A DNA stretch of 63,996 bases, counting the filler, from Nanobdellati archaeon (lineage in GTDB: Archaea; Nanobdellota; Nanobdellia; Woesearchaeales; JAADFO01): NCBI GenBank assembly GCA_013152815.1. It is 4 parts of 4 records of this genome, joined end to end, with 100 filler letters (N's around TTAATTAATTAA, not from the genome) between each part and the next. Parts side by side here need not be neighbours in the genome. Positions count along the whole stretch, not along the records: positions 1 to 30,397 come from JAADFO010000024.1; 3 more parts are not named here. The stretch is one strand, 5' to 3'. The notes under the pieces were generated by a model. That model searched no databases. It saw only the letters and a program-made list of their open reading frames with translations, and was not told the origin of the DNA. Made by a program: the position numbers and the translations under genes. Positions 17,997-26,232 of the stretch are shown one piece after another. Within the stretch, counting starts at the first letter, position 1. Each line of letters starts with the position of its first letter.

Positions 17997-18564
17997 AAAA
18001 CTGAGCGTCGGCATGATCGTGCTGCTGGTTGTTGTTGTCCTGCTGCTCTTCAGCGGGATCTGGCTGGTCGCTGCCTATAATGGTCTGGTCTCCCTGGACG
18101 AGAACGTCAACGGAAAGTGGGCACAGGTGGAGACGGTGTATCAACGACGGGCAGACCTCATCCCCAACCTCGTGGAGACCGTGAAGGGGGCGAAGGATTT
18201 CGAGCAGAGCGTTCTTCTCGGTGTCACCGAAGCCCGCACCAAATGGCTCAACGCCAAGTCTCCAGGCGACCAGGTCGCAGCGGCCAACCAGATGGACGGC
18301 GCGCTTTCCCGCCTGCTCGTAACCGTCGAGGCCTATCCTGATATCAAGTCGAACCAGAACTTCATAGCCCTGCAGGATGAACTGGCCAACACCGAGAACA
18401 AGATCGCGGTGGAACGGAAACGCTATAATGATGCTGTGCAGATATTCAATGCCAAGATACGGAGGTTTCCGACCAGCATCGTCGCAGGCATGTTCGGATT
18501 CGACCAGCGCATCTACTACCGGTCAGATGAAGGGACAGAAAAGGCTCCCGGCGTGAAATTCTAG
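17989..18564 (+). CDS. lemA: LemA family protein
   Basis: YNGLV, YQRRADLIPNLVETVKG, EAYPDIKS, TENKIAVERKRYN. Confidence 0.95.
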   Translation: MGKKLSVGMIVLLVVVVLLLFSGIWLVAAYNGLVSLDENVNGKWAQVETVYQRRADLIPNLVETVKGAKDFEQSVLLGVTEARTKWLNAKSPGDQVAAANQMDGALSRLLVTVEAYPDIKSNQNFIALQDELANTENKIAVERKRYNDAVQIFNAKIRRFPTSIVAGMFGFDQRIYYRSDEGTEKAPGVKF

Positions 18565-18602
18565 CTTTTCCATACCTTTTTATTCTTTTCTTGATTGTTA
18601 TG

Positions 18603-18764
18603 TTGGGTTTGATACTCCGCGCTTCGGCGCGCAAACCCAATGTAATCCACAGCAATCATTGGTTGCTGGGACCGGAGGCACCAGAAATCTCGCCTATTGA
18701 CGTGAGGAGCGTTCATATCCCCAGGCCTTTAGGCGGGGGATAGCTCTGAGCGGCGAGATTTCTG
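18603..18764. repeat. Cluster of palindromic REP-like hairpins in intergenic DNA
   Basis: TTGGGTTT..GCGC-TTCG-GCGC..AAACCCAA (18603-18640); CAGAAATCTCGCC (18682-18694) pairs with GGCGAGATTTCTG (18752-18764) around an inner TATCCCC/GGGGATA stem. Confidence 0.6.
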
Positions 18765-18921
18765 ATTCGCTTCTTCTCATCATGGCATTTCCAAAGGACA
18801 TCCAGTATGTGGCAGGGCATCATATCTCCAAAGCACGAAAGATCATGATCTTAGAGACGCTGCTTCTCTGATCCCTTTCACTCCTTCCTCTTATTCATCC
18901 CTTGCCTCTCCTTCTAACATT

Positions 18922-20097
18922 CTAATCGAGGATGGCGCGGTCCTCTTTGATGTAACGCTTCAGGACGACGGGAAACATCAGCGTGGTGAGGATGGCCATG
19001 ATGATGATGGAGGAATAGACCTCTATGGGTATCAGCCCGTTGATCCTCGCGATCTCAGCAATTACAAGCTCTACCGCCCCCCGTGAGTTCATCCCCCATC
19101 CGATGATATAGCTCTGTTTCAGGGAAAGGTCGGTCAGCGGGGTGACCATGACCGCACCCACCACTTTTCCGATGATGGCGATGCAGGTGACCGAGAGCAT
19201 GAGCCAGAAGTTGGTCAGGAGCGAATGGAAGTCCAGATGCAGTCCCATGTTGATGAAGAAAAAGGGTATGACAAAGGAAAAGGTCATGATCTTGAGCTCT
19301 TCCACGTTCTCCTGTTCCTCATGCCGGTTCTTGATGGATACCTGGATGATGATGCCTGCGATGAACGCCCCGATGATGGGTCCGAGTGCAAGTCCCTGCG
19401 AGATGATCGCTATCCAGAGTCCTATCAGGAGTATGGTGCTGAAGGTTGCTACCCTGGAACGTTCTTTCTGGATGAACCGGATGAACAGTGGGATCAGCTT
19501 GAAGACCAGGAAGATCACGGCGATGAAAAAGACCAGTTTTGCCGGGAACCATATGAGGTTCTTGATGTCTCTGTTCGCGATGATGAGGATGGCCGAGAGG
19601 AAGATGACCTCAAAGACATCGTCGATTATCCCTGCTCCGAGGATGGTGGTCCCTATCCTGGTGTTCAGGGCATCCATGTCAAAGAGGACCTTCAGGGTGG
19701 TCCCCTCTGCAGTGAGAGAGAGACAGATGCCGAGCACGAAGGCGATGATCTTCGAGTAGCCCAGCGCAATCATGAACAGATAGCCCATGGCCAGCGGGAC
19801 TATGGCTCCGAAGGTGGCGATGAGGAAGGCATCCTTCTCGGCGTGCTTGAGTTTCCTCAGGTTGATCTCGAGGCCTGCAAGCATCAAGAGGAAGATGATG
19901 CCCAACTCAGAGAGAAAATTGATGTCCCTGAAAGCGTTCGCCGAGAATATCTGTTTGATTACCGGAAGTCCCAGGATGATGCCTGCGAAGATGGCGCCGA
20001 TGACCCGCGGATATTTCAACCGATAGAATATCTCTGATACGATGAACGAGACGGTCAAGGCGACGCCGAAGACGATGAGGATGCTCTCGATGGCCAT
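18922..20097 (-). CDS. Cation:proton antiporter (CPA2, NapA/KefB-like)
   Basis: ELGIIFLLMLAGLE, AGIIDDV, GAFIAG, MNSRGAV; about 12 TM. Confidence 0.92.
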   Translation of the reverse strand: MAIESILIVFGVALTVSFIVSEIFYRLKYPRVIGAIFAGIILGLPVIKQIFSANAFRDINFLSELGIIFLLMLAGLEINLRKLKHAEKDAFLIATFGAIVPLAMGYLFMIALGYSKIIAFVLGICLSLTAEGTTLKVLFDMDALNTRIGTTILGAGIIDDVFEVIFLSAILIIANRDIKNLIWFPAKLVFFIAVIFLVFKLIPLFIRFIQKERSRVATFSTILLIGLWIAIISQGLALGPIIGAFIAGIIIQVSIKNRHEEQENVEELKIMTFSFVIPFFFINMGLHLDFHSLLTNFWLMLSVTCIAIIGKVVGAVMVTPLTDLSLKQSYIIGWGMNSRGAVELVIAEIARINGLIPIEVYSSIIIMAILTTLMFPVVLKRYIKEDRAILD

Positions 20098-20182
20098 GAA
20101 AGAAAATAGGTGTTTTCCTTTATCTTATTATATGACTATCCGGGAATGGTAAGTTCTGCGGCGACTTTCCGCACATTTTCCA

Positions 20183-20518
20183 TCACTTTCTTCCGTCATC
20201 GCCTTTCAGGGCGATCTTTCGCACCACCTCCTCCAGTTTCTTCTGGGTCTTGCGCATCTGGAAGTAGGTGTAGAACGAGATGCTGATGACGACGATGAAA
20301 CCGAGGACCACCACCAGGTCGAGGGTCCTTGCGAAGGCGAACCGGTGGATGATCGGGTCGAAGACGTTGGGGAAGAGAGCCACAAAGATGATGCCCAGCG
20401 CAAGGAAACTCCAGAAGAGCTGCTCGTTTCTCGTGAACTCCTCCCTCTTGTTGTACAGGAAGGTCAGATAGATGAGAAACATCCCGAAGAGGATGCCGAT
20501 GATCTGTATGGGTTCCAT
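20183..20518 (-). CDS. DUF2304 family small membrane protein
   Basis: 3 TM, W...LFP...RTLD...KLEEVVRKIAL; typical partner of DPM1-like GT2. Confidence 0.8.
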   Translation of the reverse strand: MEPIQIIGILFGMFLIYLTFLYNKREEFTRNEQLFWSFLALGIIFVALFPNVFDPIIHRFAFARTLDLVVVLGFIVVISISFYTYFQMRKTQKKLEEVVRKIALKGDDGRK

Positions 20519-20543
20519 TCTTATGCGGTTCTTCTTCCTGTTT

Positions 20544-21227
20544 TTATAATTTTGTGAGTTTCCACCAGATGAGGTCTGTGACGATCTTGATCCCGTCAAA
20601 GACGGTCGTCCCCTTATACTTGTCCTGGTAGACGGTAGGTATCATCGTCTGGGCGAACTTCAGCCGTCTCTTGGCCATCCTGGCTATCATCTCTGATTCC
20701 ATGGAATAGTCGTTGGCATCCCATCGGATGAGCGGATAGGCGTCCCATCGGAAGGCACGATAACCGCTCTGCGAATCCTTGACCGCTATCCCATAGATGA
20801 GCTTGAACACCAGGTCGATGAACGCGTTTCCGATACGCATAAGGACAGGCATGTGCCGGTTCTTCCTGCGATAGCTCAACACCACATCCACCGTTTCCAG
20901 CAGCTTCAGAAAGGAAGGTGTTTCAGAAGGGTCGTGCTGGCCGTCGGCGTCCATGACCACGATGGGCCATCCCTGTCGCTGATGAGCATAGTCGCAGCCG
21001 GTCTTCAGAGCTGCCCCTTTGCCGAGGTTTACCACATGCTGGAGGACCGTCACCCCTGCTGCTCTGGCAAGGCGGGCCGTATCATCTTTGCTCCCGTCAT
21101 CCACGACGACGATGTCCTTCTCCCTGCCTCTGCCCTGTACCTGCTTGCATCTTTTCAGCACCTCTTTGATGTGTCGGGCTTCATTGTATGCGGGAATGAC
21201 GATCCAATGGTCGCTTCTCCTGCTCAT
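20544..21227 (-). CDS. GT2 polyprenol-phosphate glycosyltransferase (DPM1-like)
   Basis: VIPAYNEA, VVDDGSKD, NLGKGAAL, MDADGQH, DSQSGYRAF. Confidence 0.93.
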   Translation of the reverse strand: MSRRSDHWIVIPAYNEARHIKEVLKRCKQVQGRGREKDIVVVDDGSKDDTARLARAAGVTVLQHVVNLGKGAALKTGCDYAHQRQGWPIVVMDADGQHDPSETPSFLKLLETVDVVLSYRRKNRHMPVLMRIGNAFIDLVFKLIYGIAVKDSQSGYRAFRWDAYPLIRWDANDYSMESEMIARMAKRRLKFAQTMIPTVYQDKYKGTTVFDGIKIVTDLIWWKLTKL

Positions 21228-24200
21228 GAGATTTCCTCGAGACGCACCTTGAAGAAAAGGGTCTTGTTGCCGAGAGGATGTTTACTGGGGTCGGTCCCAT
21301 AGGCCTGTTCGGGCGGGATGGTCATGATCTTCTCTTCTCCCAGCTTCATGCCCCGTATCTGTTGGTCCATGCCGACGATGACCTGGCCGCTTCCTACGGT
21401 GAAATTGAAGGGTCGCAGGCTTTTATGCTCATCAAAGGTATCCTCTTTGGTCAGCTCGCTCTTGTCGGTATCGCGGATGGTGGTGTCGAAGACCGTCCCC
21501 TGCTCATCCCATCCAATGTAGTTGATGGAGACGGTATCTCCCTCCTTGACCTCGGTCTTCGGTTTCAGCTCGTCCTTGAGGTTCATCTCTCCGCCCTGCC
21601 AGGTGACGTTGTAGACAAAGATGTTGCCTCCCGAGATGGTCCTCTGCTGGGTGAACAGATGGAAATATTTCAGTCCATGGGCCTGGAGATAGAACAGCCT
21701 GGTGAACATGCTCGCTGCCAGTTTCGGAGAGAGGATGAGCATCTGATAGCCTTTTCCGTTGGGGACGAGGGTCAGTCCCAGTTCACGGCCGTCATTCGTC
21801 CTGAGCACGTCGTCTCCGACATGCTTGACCTGTTCCATGCCCTCGACAGTAGGGTAAGCAAGCACCCTCGGATAGACTCTTTGGCCACGGGATTCGATAT
21901 ATGCTTCCCACGGTTCTTTGCTAAGGTTGACCATGATGCCGTTCGCACAACGGAGCAGCTTCTCTCCGGCATTCCCGCAGCTGTTCAGTCCTGAAGCATA
22001 GCTCGGCCAGGGCGCTATCCATTGGTTCGGGTCGGCGGTCTGCACATCATAGTAGATGCTCTGCGCTTCCTGGTCAGACAGCTTGAAGGTGTCTTTCAGC
22101 GTCGAGATTCCCTCTCCAGGATTGTCCCCTTTGACCTCTTTGTACATCGAGGAACGGGTGAAGTTCCAGGCGCCGAAATGGGCCCAGACCCCGCTTTTGC
22201 CTACCATGTCTTCAGAGGCGATGAAATAATCCTGAGGCGGGTCGCAATGGGTGAGGTCGAGGACTCGTTCTGCCTCTGCAGAGGAGAGTCCGTCGTCGAG
22301 AAGTATGGTCTTTGCCTTATCCCGTCCTTTGACCGGCAGGATGTCATACAGTACCCTGATGGCATCCAGCGGGGTCTTCTCGATGCTGTTGAGCTCCACG
22401 AAGGCATCGTTTGCGCTGCAGTCGAGCATACGGAGGATACCTACTGCCTCATCTTCATTATCGGTGAGCAGGACTTTTCCTATCCAGTGGGCCTGGGGTG
22501 TATTCTGTGATGTTCCGTCGAAGGTAACAGCGCGGTCTGCGATGTTCTTGAACCAATGGCCGAAGTCCCACCAGGAATTGACGATGGCGTTCTTCGGCGA
22601 CTCCTGCCGTATCTTGTCCAGCGCAGTGAACCAGCCGTCATTCATGCTCGGGACCTCATGGCTTGCCACATCCCATCCTGCCTTGACCGGCCCTATGAGA
22701 AACAGGGAAAGCAGGATGATGAGCAGCGTTCCGCTGATGACCTTGCTGATATGCAATTCCTTGCTTATCCATCTGCTCACATACTGATAGGTGATGCCTA
22801 TGAACAGTCCGAAGCCCACAGAGAACGCCGGGACGATGAGCAGCGAGAACCGCACACCTCTTATGGCGGCATAGGTCGATACGGCCATCCAGATGATGAG
22901 GATCGCTGCCATCTTGATGTCACGCTTCCCTTTCCTGTCTTTTCGGATGATGGTCATCAGCGCTCCGATGATGGCCAGGAAGAAGAGCATCTTCCCTCCC
23001 ATGGCATTGATGACTCCCTGAAGCGAGGAGGAGTTCTGTTCTGCGACCGTCGTATAGACATTTGGCCAGATGGTGTTTATCGCTACATCCTTCATCTCGC
23101 TGAATCCCAGAGGCCCTTTGATGAACGATCCGGTGAACGTGGACGTGTCCCTGAAGAGGATGACGAAGACGGCCGAGACCACGAAAAATATCAGGAACAG
23201 GTAGAGCGTGTTCTTCACCTGGGGGCTCCTGAAGAAGGTCCACAATCTGAGCTCGCGCGTATCCAGGTACTGTTCCGCAAAAAGGTAAACAATGTAGATC
23301 GCCATGGTGGCAAGGATGATGTCAAAGATATACCATGCTCCTGTCCAGGAGAAGGCGAACACGCCGACGAGGAATCCGGCGACGGCAGCCAAGGAGGTCT
23401 TCTTCCAGAAACGGTCGGTCTCGAAGGCCTCGACAAATGCCCAGACGATGAACAGCGGAAGGACGACAGAATAGGCGTCGGTATCTGCGAACCCTGCAGC
23501 AGTCCTGGTCATGAACTGAGAATGGACAGCGATCAGGATGCCGGCAAAAAGCCCGCCTACGTTCCCGCCTAGGCGTCGACCGAGGAAGAACGCAGGGATG
23601 ACCGCCAGGGTCGCGAGCAAGACAGGTATGTAAAAAGCGACATTCTTCAGCGGGATGTCCCTGTTGAATATCCTCACGATCTTGTATGCATAGGCTTCCA
23701 CATAGGCATGGAGCATGTCTGCGGGCATGGCCCGTCCCTTCGGCGCCATCATATGGGAATCCCATTCCTTGCCGTCCTTCATGTAATCGCCAGGATTCCC
23801 GTTCTTGACGACGTTCCGTGCAAGACGTTCCCAGAAATAGGGGTCGATGGCCAGGAGATAGGTCTGTCCTGACGCGTCCTGGAGCTGCTGCTTGAACTGT
23901 TCTGAGATCCCCCGGACCTGCTGGTCTACCTGGCTGCCCTGTTTGGAAAGGAAATCGGCGAACTGTTCTCCGATGATCTTGTCCTTGTTCGCCTGGGGGA
24001 GGTTCGGATATTGTTGGTTGACCTGTTTGGCTATCTGTCCACGGAAATAGTTGTTGACCGTCGAGGTCGCCCATACGTCTGTGGCAGGAAGGATGGCCGG
24101 TTGGACCCTGAAGGTGACTGACATGATCAAGGGTATGAGTATGAGCAGGAGGACAGCATATTTCTTCCCGAGGGCTGCAGCTTTTTTCCAGTCGATCTGG

Positions 24201-24838
24201 ATGTCCTCATCTTCATCTGTCGCTTTCTCTTCGGTCTTCGCCTTCTTTCCTTTTCCTGACCTGAAGAAAGCGAATATCTTGCTGAAATCGATGGATGCCT
24301 CATCGTCGTCATCCATTTCTTCTTCCTTCGCTGTCTCTTTTTCTTCTGTATGAACGTGTTTACCGTGCTTTTTCGCGTGTTCTTCGGCGACAGCGCGCTT
24401 CTTTCCGAAGAGAGCTGTTATTCTTGAGAAATCGATGGTGATCTCATCGTCTTCTTCCTGTCCTTCTTTCTGCTGAGCTTTCTTTAGCGGTTGGCTTGTG
24501 GATGCGGCTGCTTCCTTCTTCTCAGACGGTTCTTCATCGGTCTGCTGCGCGTGGGCATCTTTGCTCGTGGTCTCTTCCTCTTCTTCCTTCTTCTCCTGCT
24601 CTGCAGCTGGCTGTTCCTGAGGGTCTGCTGCTGTATCTGTCGGCTCGTCTTCTTTCTTTTCAACCTGAGCCTTCTTTTCTTCCTTCTTCTCTTTCTCAGG
24701 TCCCTTCGCAGGAGGAGAGGTCTTTTTCTCTTTCTTCTGTCCTGTCTTGCGGGTTTTTTCCGTCTTCTTTTTCGTGAAAAGACCCGTTATCTTTGAGAAA
24801 TCTATGACCACATCATCATCGTCCGGTTCTTGTGCCAT
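21224..24838 (-). CDS. aglB: Oligosaccharyltransferase AglB/STT3 with acidic N-terminal repeats and C-terminal FKBP domain
   Basis: IDPY, FADTD, TVAE and WWDFG motifs; multi-TM core; C-terminal FKBP (GDTVSINY, FTVGSGQVIVG, IPPEQAYG, HPL); start may be 24853. Confidence 0.93.
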   Translation of the reverse strand: MAQEPDDDDVVIDFSKITGLFTKKKTEKTRKTGQKKEKKTSPPAKGPEKEKKEEKKAQVEKKEDEPTDTAADPQEQPAAEQEKKEEEEETTSKDAHAQQTDEEPSEKKEAAASTSQPLKKAQQKEGQEEDDEITIDFSRITALFGKKRAVAEEHAKKHGKHVHTEEKETAKEEEMDDDDEASIDFSKIFAFFRSGKGKKAKTEEKATDEDEDIQIDWKKAAALGKKYAVLLLILIPLIMSVTFRVQPAILPATDVWATSTVNNYFRGQIAKQVNQQYPNLPQANKDKIIGEQFADFLSKQGSQVDQQVRGISEQFKQQLQDASGQTYLLAIDPYFWERLARNVVKNGNPGDYMKDGKEWDSHMMAPKGRAMPADMLHAYVEAYAYKIVRIFNRDIPLKNVAFYIPVLLATLAVIPAFFLGRRLGGNVGGLFAGILIAVHSQFMTRTAAGFADTDAYSVVLPLFIVWAFVEAFETDRFWKKTSLAAVAGFLVGVFAFSWTGAWYIFDIILATMAIYIVYLFAEQYLDTRELRLWTFFRSPQVKNTLYLFLIFFVVSAVFVILFRDTSTFTGSFIKGPLGFSEMKDVAINTIWPNVYTTVAEQNSSSLQGVINAMGGKMLFFLAIIGALMTIIRKDRKGKRDIKMAAILIIWMAVSTYAAIRGVRFSLLIVPAFSVGFGLFIGITYQYVSRWISKELHISKVISGTLLIILLSLFLIGPVKAGWDVASHEVPSMNDGWFTALDKIRQESPKNAIVNSWWDFGHWFKNIADRAVTFDGTSQNTPQAHWIGKVLLTDNEDEAVGILRMLDCSANDAFVELNSIEKTPLDAIRVLYDILPVKGRDKAKTILLDDGLSSAEAERVLDLTHCDPPQDYFIASEDMVGKSGVWAHFGAWNFTRSSMYKEVKGDNPGEGISTLKDTFKLSDQEAQSIYYDVQTADPNQWIAPWPSYASGLNSCGNAGEKLLRCANGIMVNLSKEPWEAYIESRGQRVYPRVLAYPTVEGMEQVKHVGDDVLRTNDGRELGLTLVPNGKGYQMLILSPKLAASMFTRLFYLQAHGLKYFHLFTQQRTISGGNIFVYNVTWQGGEMNLKDELKPKTEVKEGDTVSINYIGWDEQGTVFDTTIRDTDKSELTKEDTFDEHKSLRPFNFTVGSGQVIVGMDQQIRGMKLGEEKIMTIPPEQAYGTDPSKHPLGNKTLFFKVRLEEIS

Positions 24839-24924
24839 GTTCCTGTCCCCCACATCCTCTCTTGAGAAGCATGAGCTGTCCTCTGACGAAACCCTGTTTG
24901 GTTTATATATATTTCGTGGTACTC

Positions 24925-26046
24925 TTACCTCTCTCCTTTCTGCCGTCTCTGGAAGAGGATCTTCGCGAACAGGAGCAGGCGGGGTTCCTTCTTCAGAGCT
25001 TTCATGAGGATGCCTGTGGGATGTTCTCTTGATGTCGTCTCAAGGATCTGCCGAATATTCTTCCGGGAACCTATTTCTATCAATCTGTTGTAGTCTCTGT
25101 CGGTGAAGCGGTCGAGCGCCTTTCTCAGCAGCAGATGAATGAACAATCCTTTTCCTGCCCGTTGCCACAGCGTCCTCCGATAGCTCTTCTTCTCAGCCAG
25201 GGCCTCTGAGAGGGCGATCGCTGCCTTCATCCCCGGTATGATGCCTCCTCCTGTCGTCGCCTTGACCTGTGCTGCTGCATCCCCGACCAGGCAGGTATTC
25301 CCTTTCTCGATGGGCTGGAGGGGATTATGGATGGGGATCAAGCCGTTCTGGTAGCCGACCACTCTCTTCTCCCAATCAGCTCCTATGTATCGTTCCAGGA
25401 ACCTCTTGAAATAAGGCTGTGGATTGCATCGTGTCCCGAGACCTATCCTTGCAACCCCCTCATTCTCTGGTACGAGCCACCCGAAGAATCCAGGATACTC
25501 CCTGCCGAAGAAGGTCTGATACATGCTCTTGTCAAAGTCTCCTTTTACTGTTGCTTGCATGGCATGGTAGTATGTCCTGTTCTGGAGAAGGGTCGCTGAT
25601 TTCGCCACCCTGGACAGAGGGCCGTCGGCTCCGACAAGATGGCTGAAGGGAACCGTCTTCTTTCCTTTTTCTGTGCTGAAAATGGCTTCTTTCCCTGTTC
25701 GGGAAACAAACCGGTGGCCTTTTCTTACCCTAACATCGTATTCTGAGGCCAAATCAGCGATGGAGCTGTCAAATGATGTCCTGTCCAGGATGAGCTCTGG
25801 TTTTTTGAGCTTGAGCAGGAACGATTCATTGTTCGGCGCGATCACCCTGATCCTGCTGATCCTGTTGACGATGGTCGAAGGGCGGACCCTGATGAGCCGG
25901 CGGATATCTGCGGTGACGATGCCTGTGCACTGGACAGGAGCCCCTATCTTCTGATGCTCCTCATAGACTGTCGCTTCCTGTCCTCTTTTCGCCAGCTGGT
26001 ATGCCGTAAAGTTTCCTACAGGGCCTGATCCTACGACCGCGATCAT
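24925..26046 (-). CDS. Geranylgeranyl reductase-family FAD oxidoreductase
   Basis: VVGSGPVG, PVQCTG, VGADG, FGWLVP, VGDAAAQVKATTGGGI. Confidence 0.9.
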   Translation of the reverse strand: MIAVVGSGPVGNFTAYQLAKRGQEATVYEEHQKIGAPVQCTGIVTADIRRLIRVRPSTIVNRISRIRVIAPNNESFLLKLKKPELILDRTSFDSSIADLASEYDVRVRKGHRFVSRTGKEAIFSTEKGKKTVPFSHLVGADGPLSRVAKSATLLQNRTYYHAMQATVKGDFDKSMYQTFFGREYPGFFGWLVPENEGVARIGLGTRCNPQPYFKRFLERYIGADWEKRVVGYQNGLIPIHNPLQPIEKGNTCLVGDAAAQVKATTGGGIIPGMKAAIALSEALAEKKSYRRTLWQRAGKGLFIHLLLRKALDRFTDRDYNRLIEIGSRKNIRQILETTSREHPTGILMKALKKEPRLLLFAKILFQRRQKGER

Positions 26047-26232
26047 GCTTTTCGGGTATCTGGGCCAATTATATACTTTTCTTTTTAAACCGCTTTTAAA
26101 TGACCCCTCTTCTTTCATTTTAATCACTTCTCAGTGATGATAAAACGAAAACTATATATATCAGTTGCCACTCAATAGGTGTAACATCGTCCTTGTCATG
26201 TGACAAAACTATCCAACCGAGGTGAAGAACCC

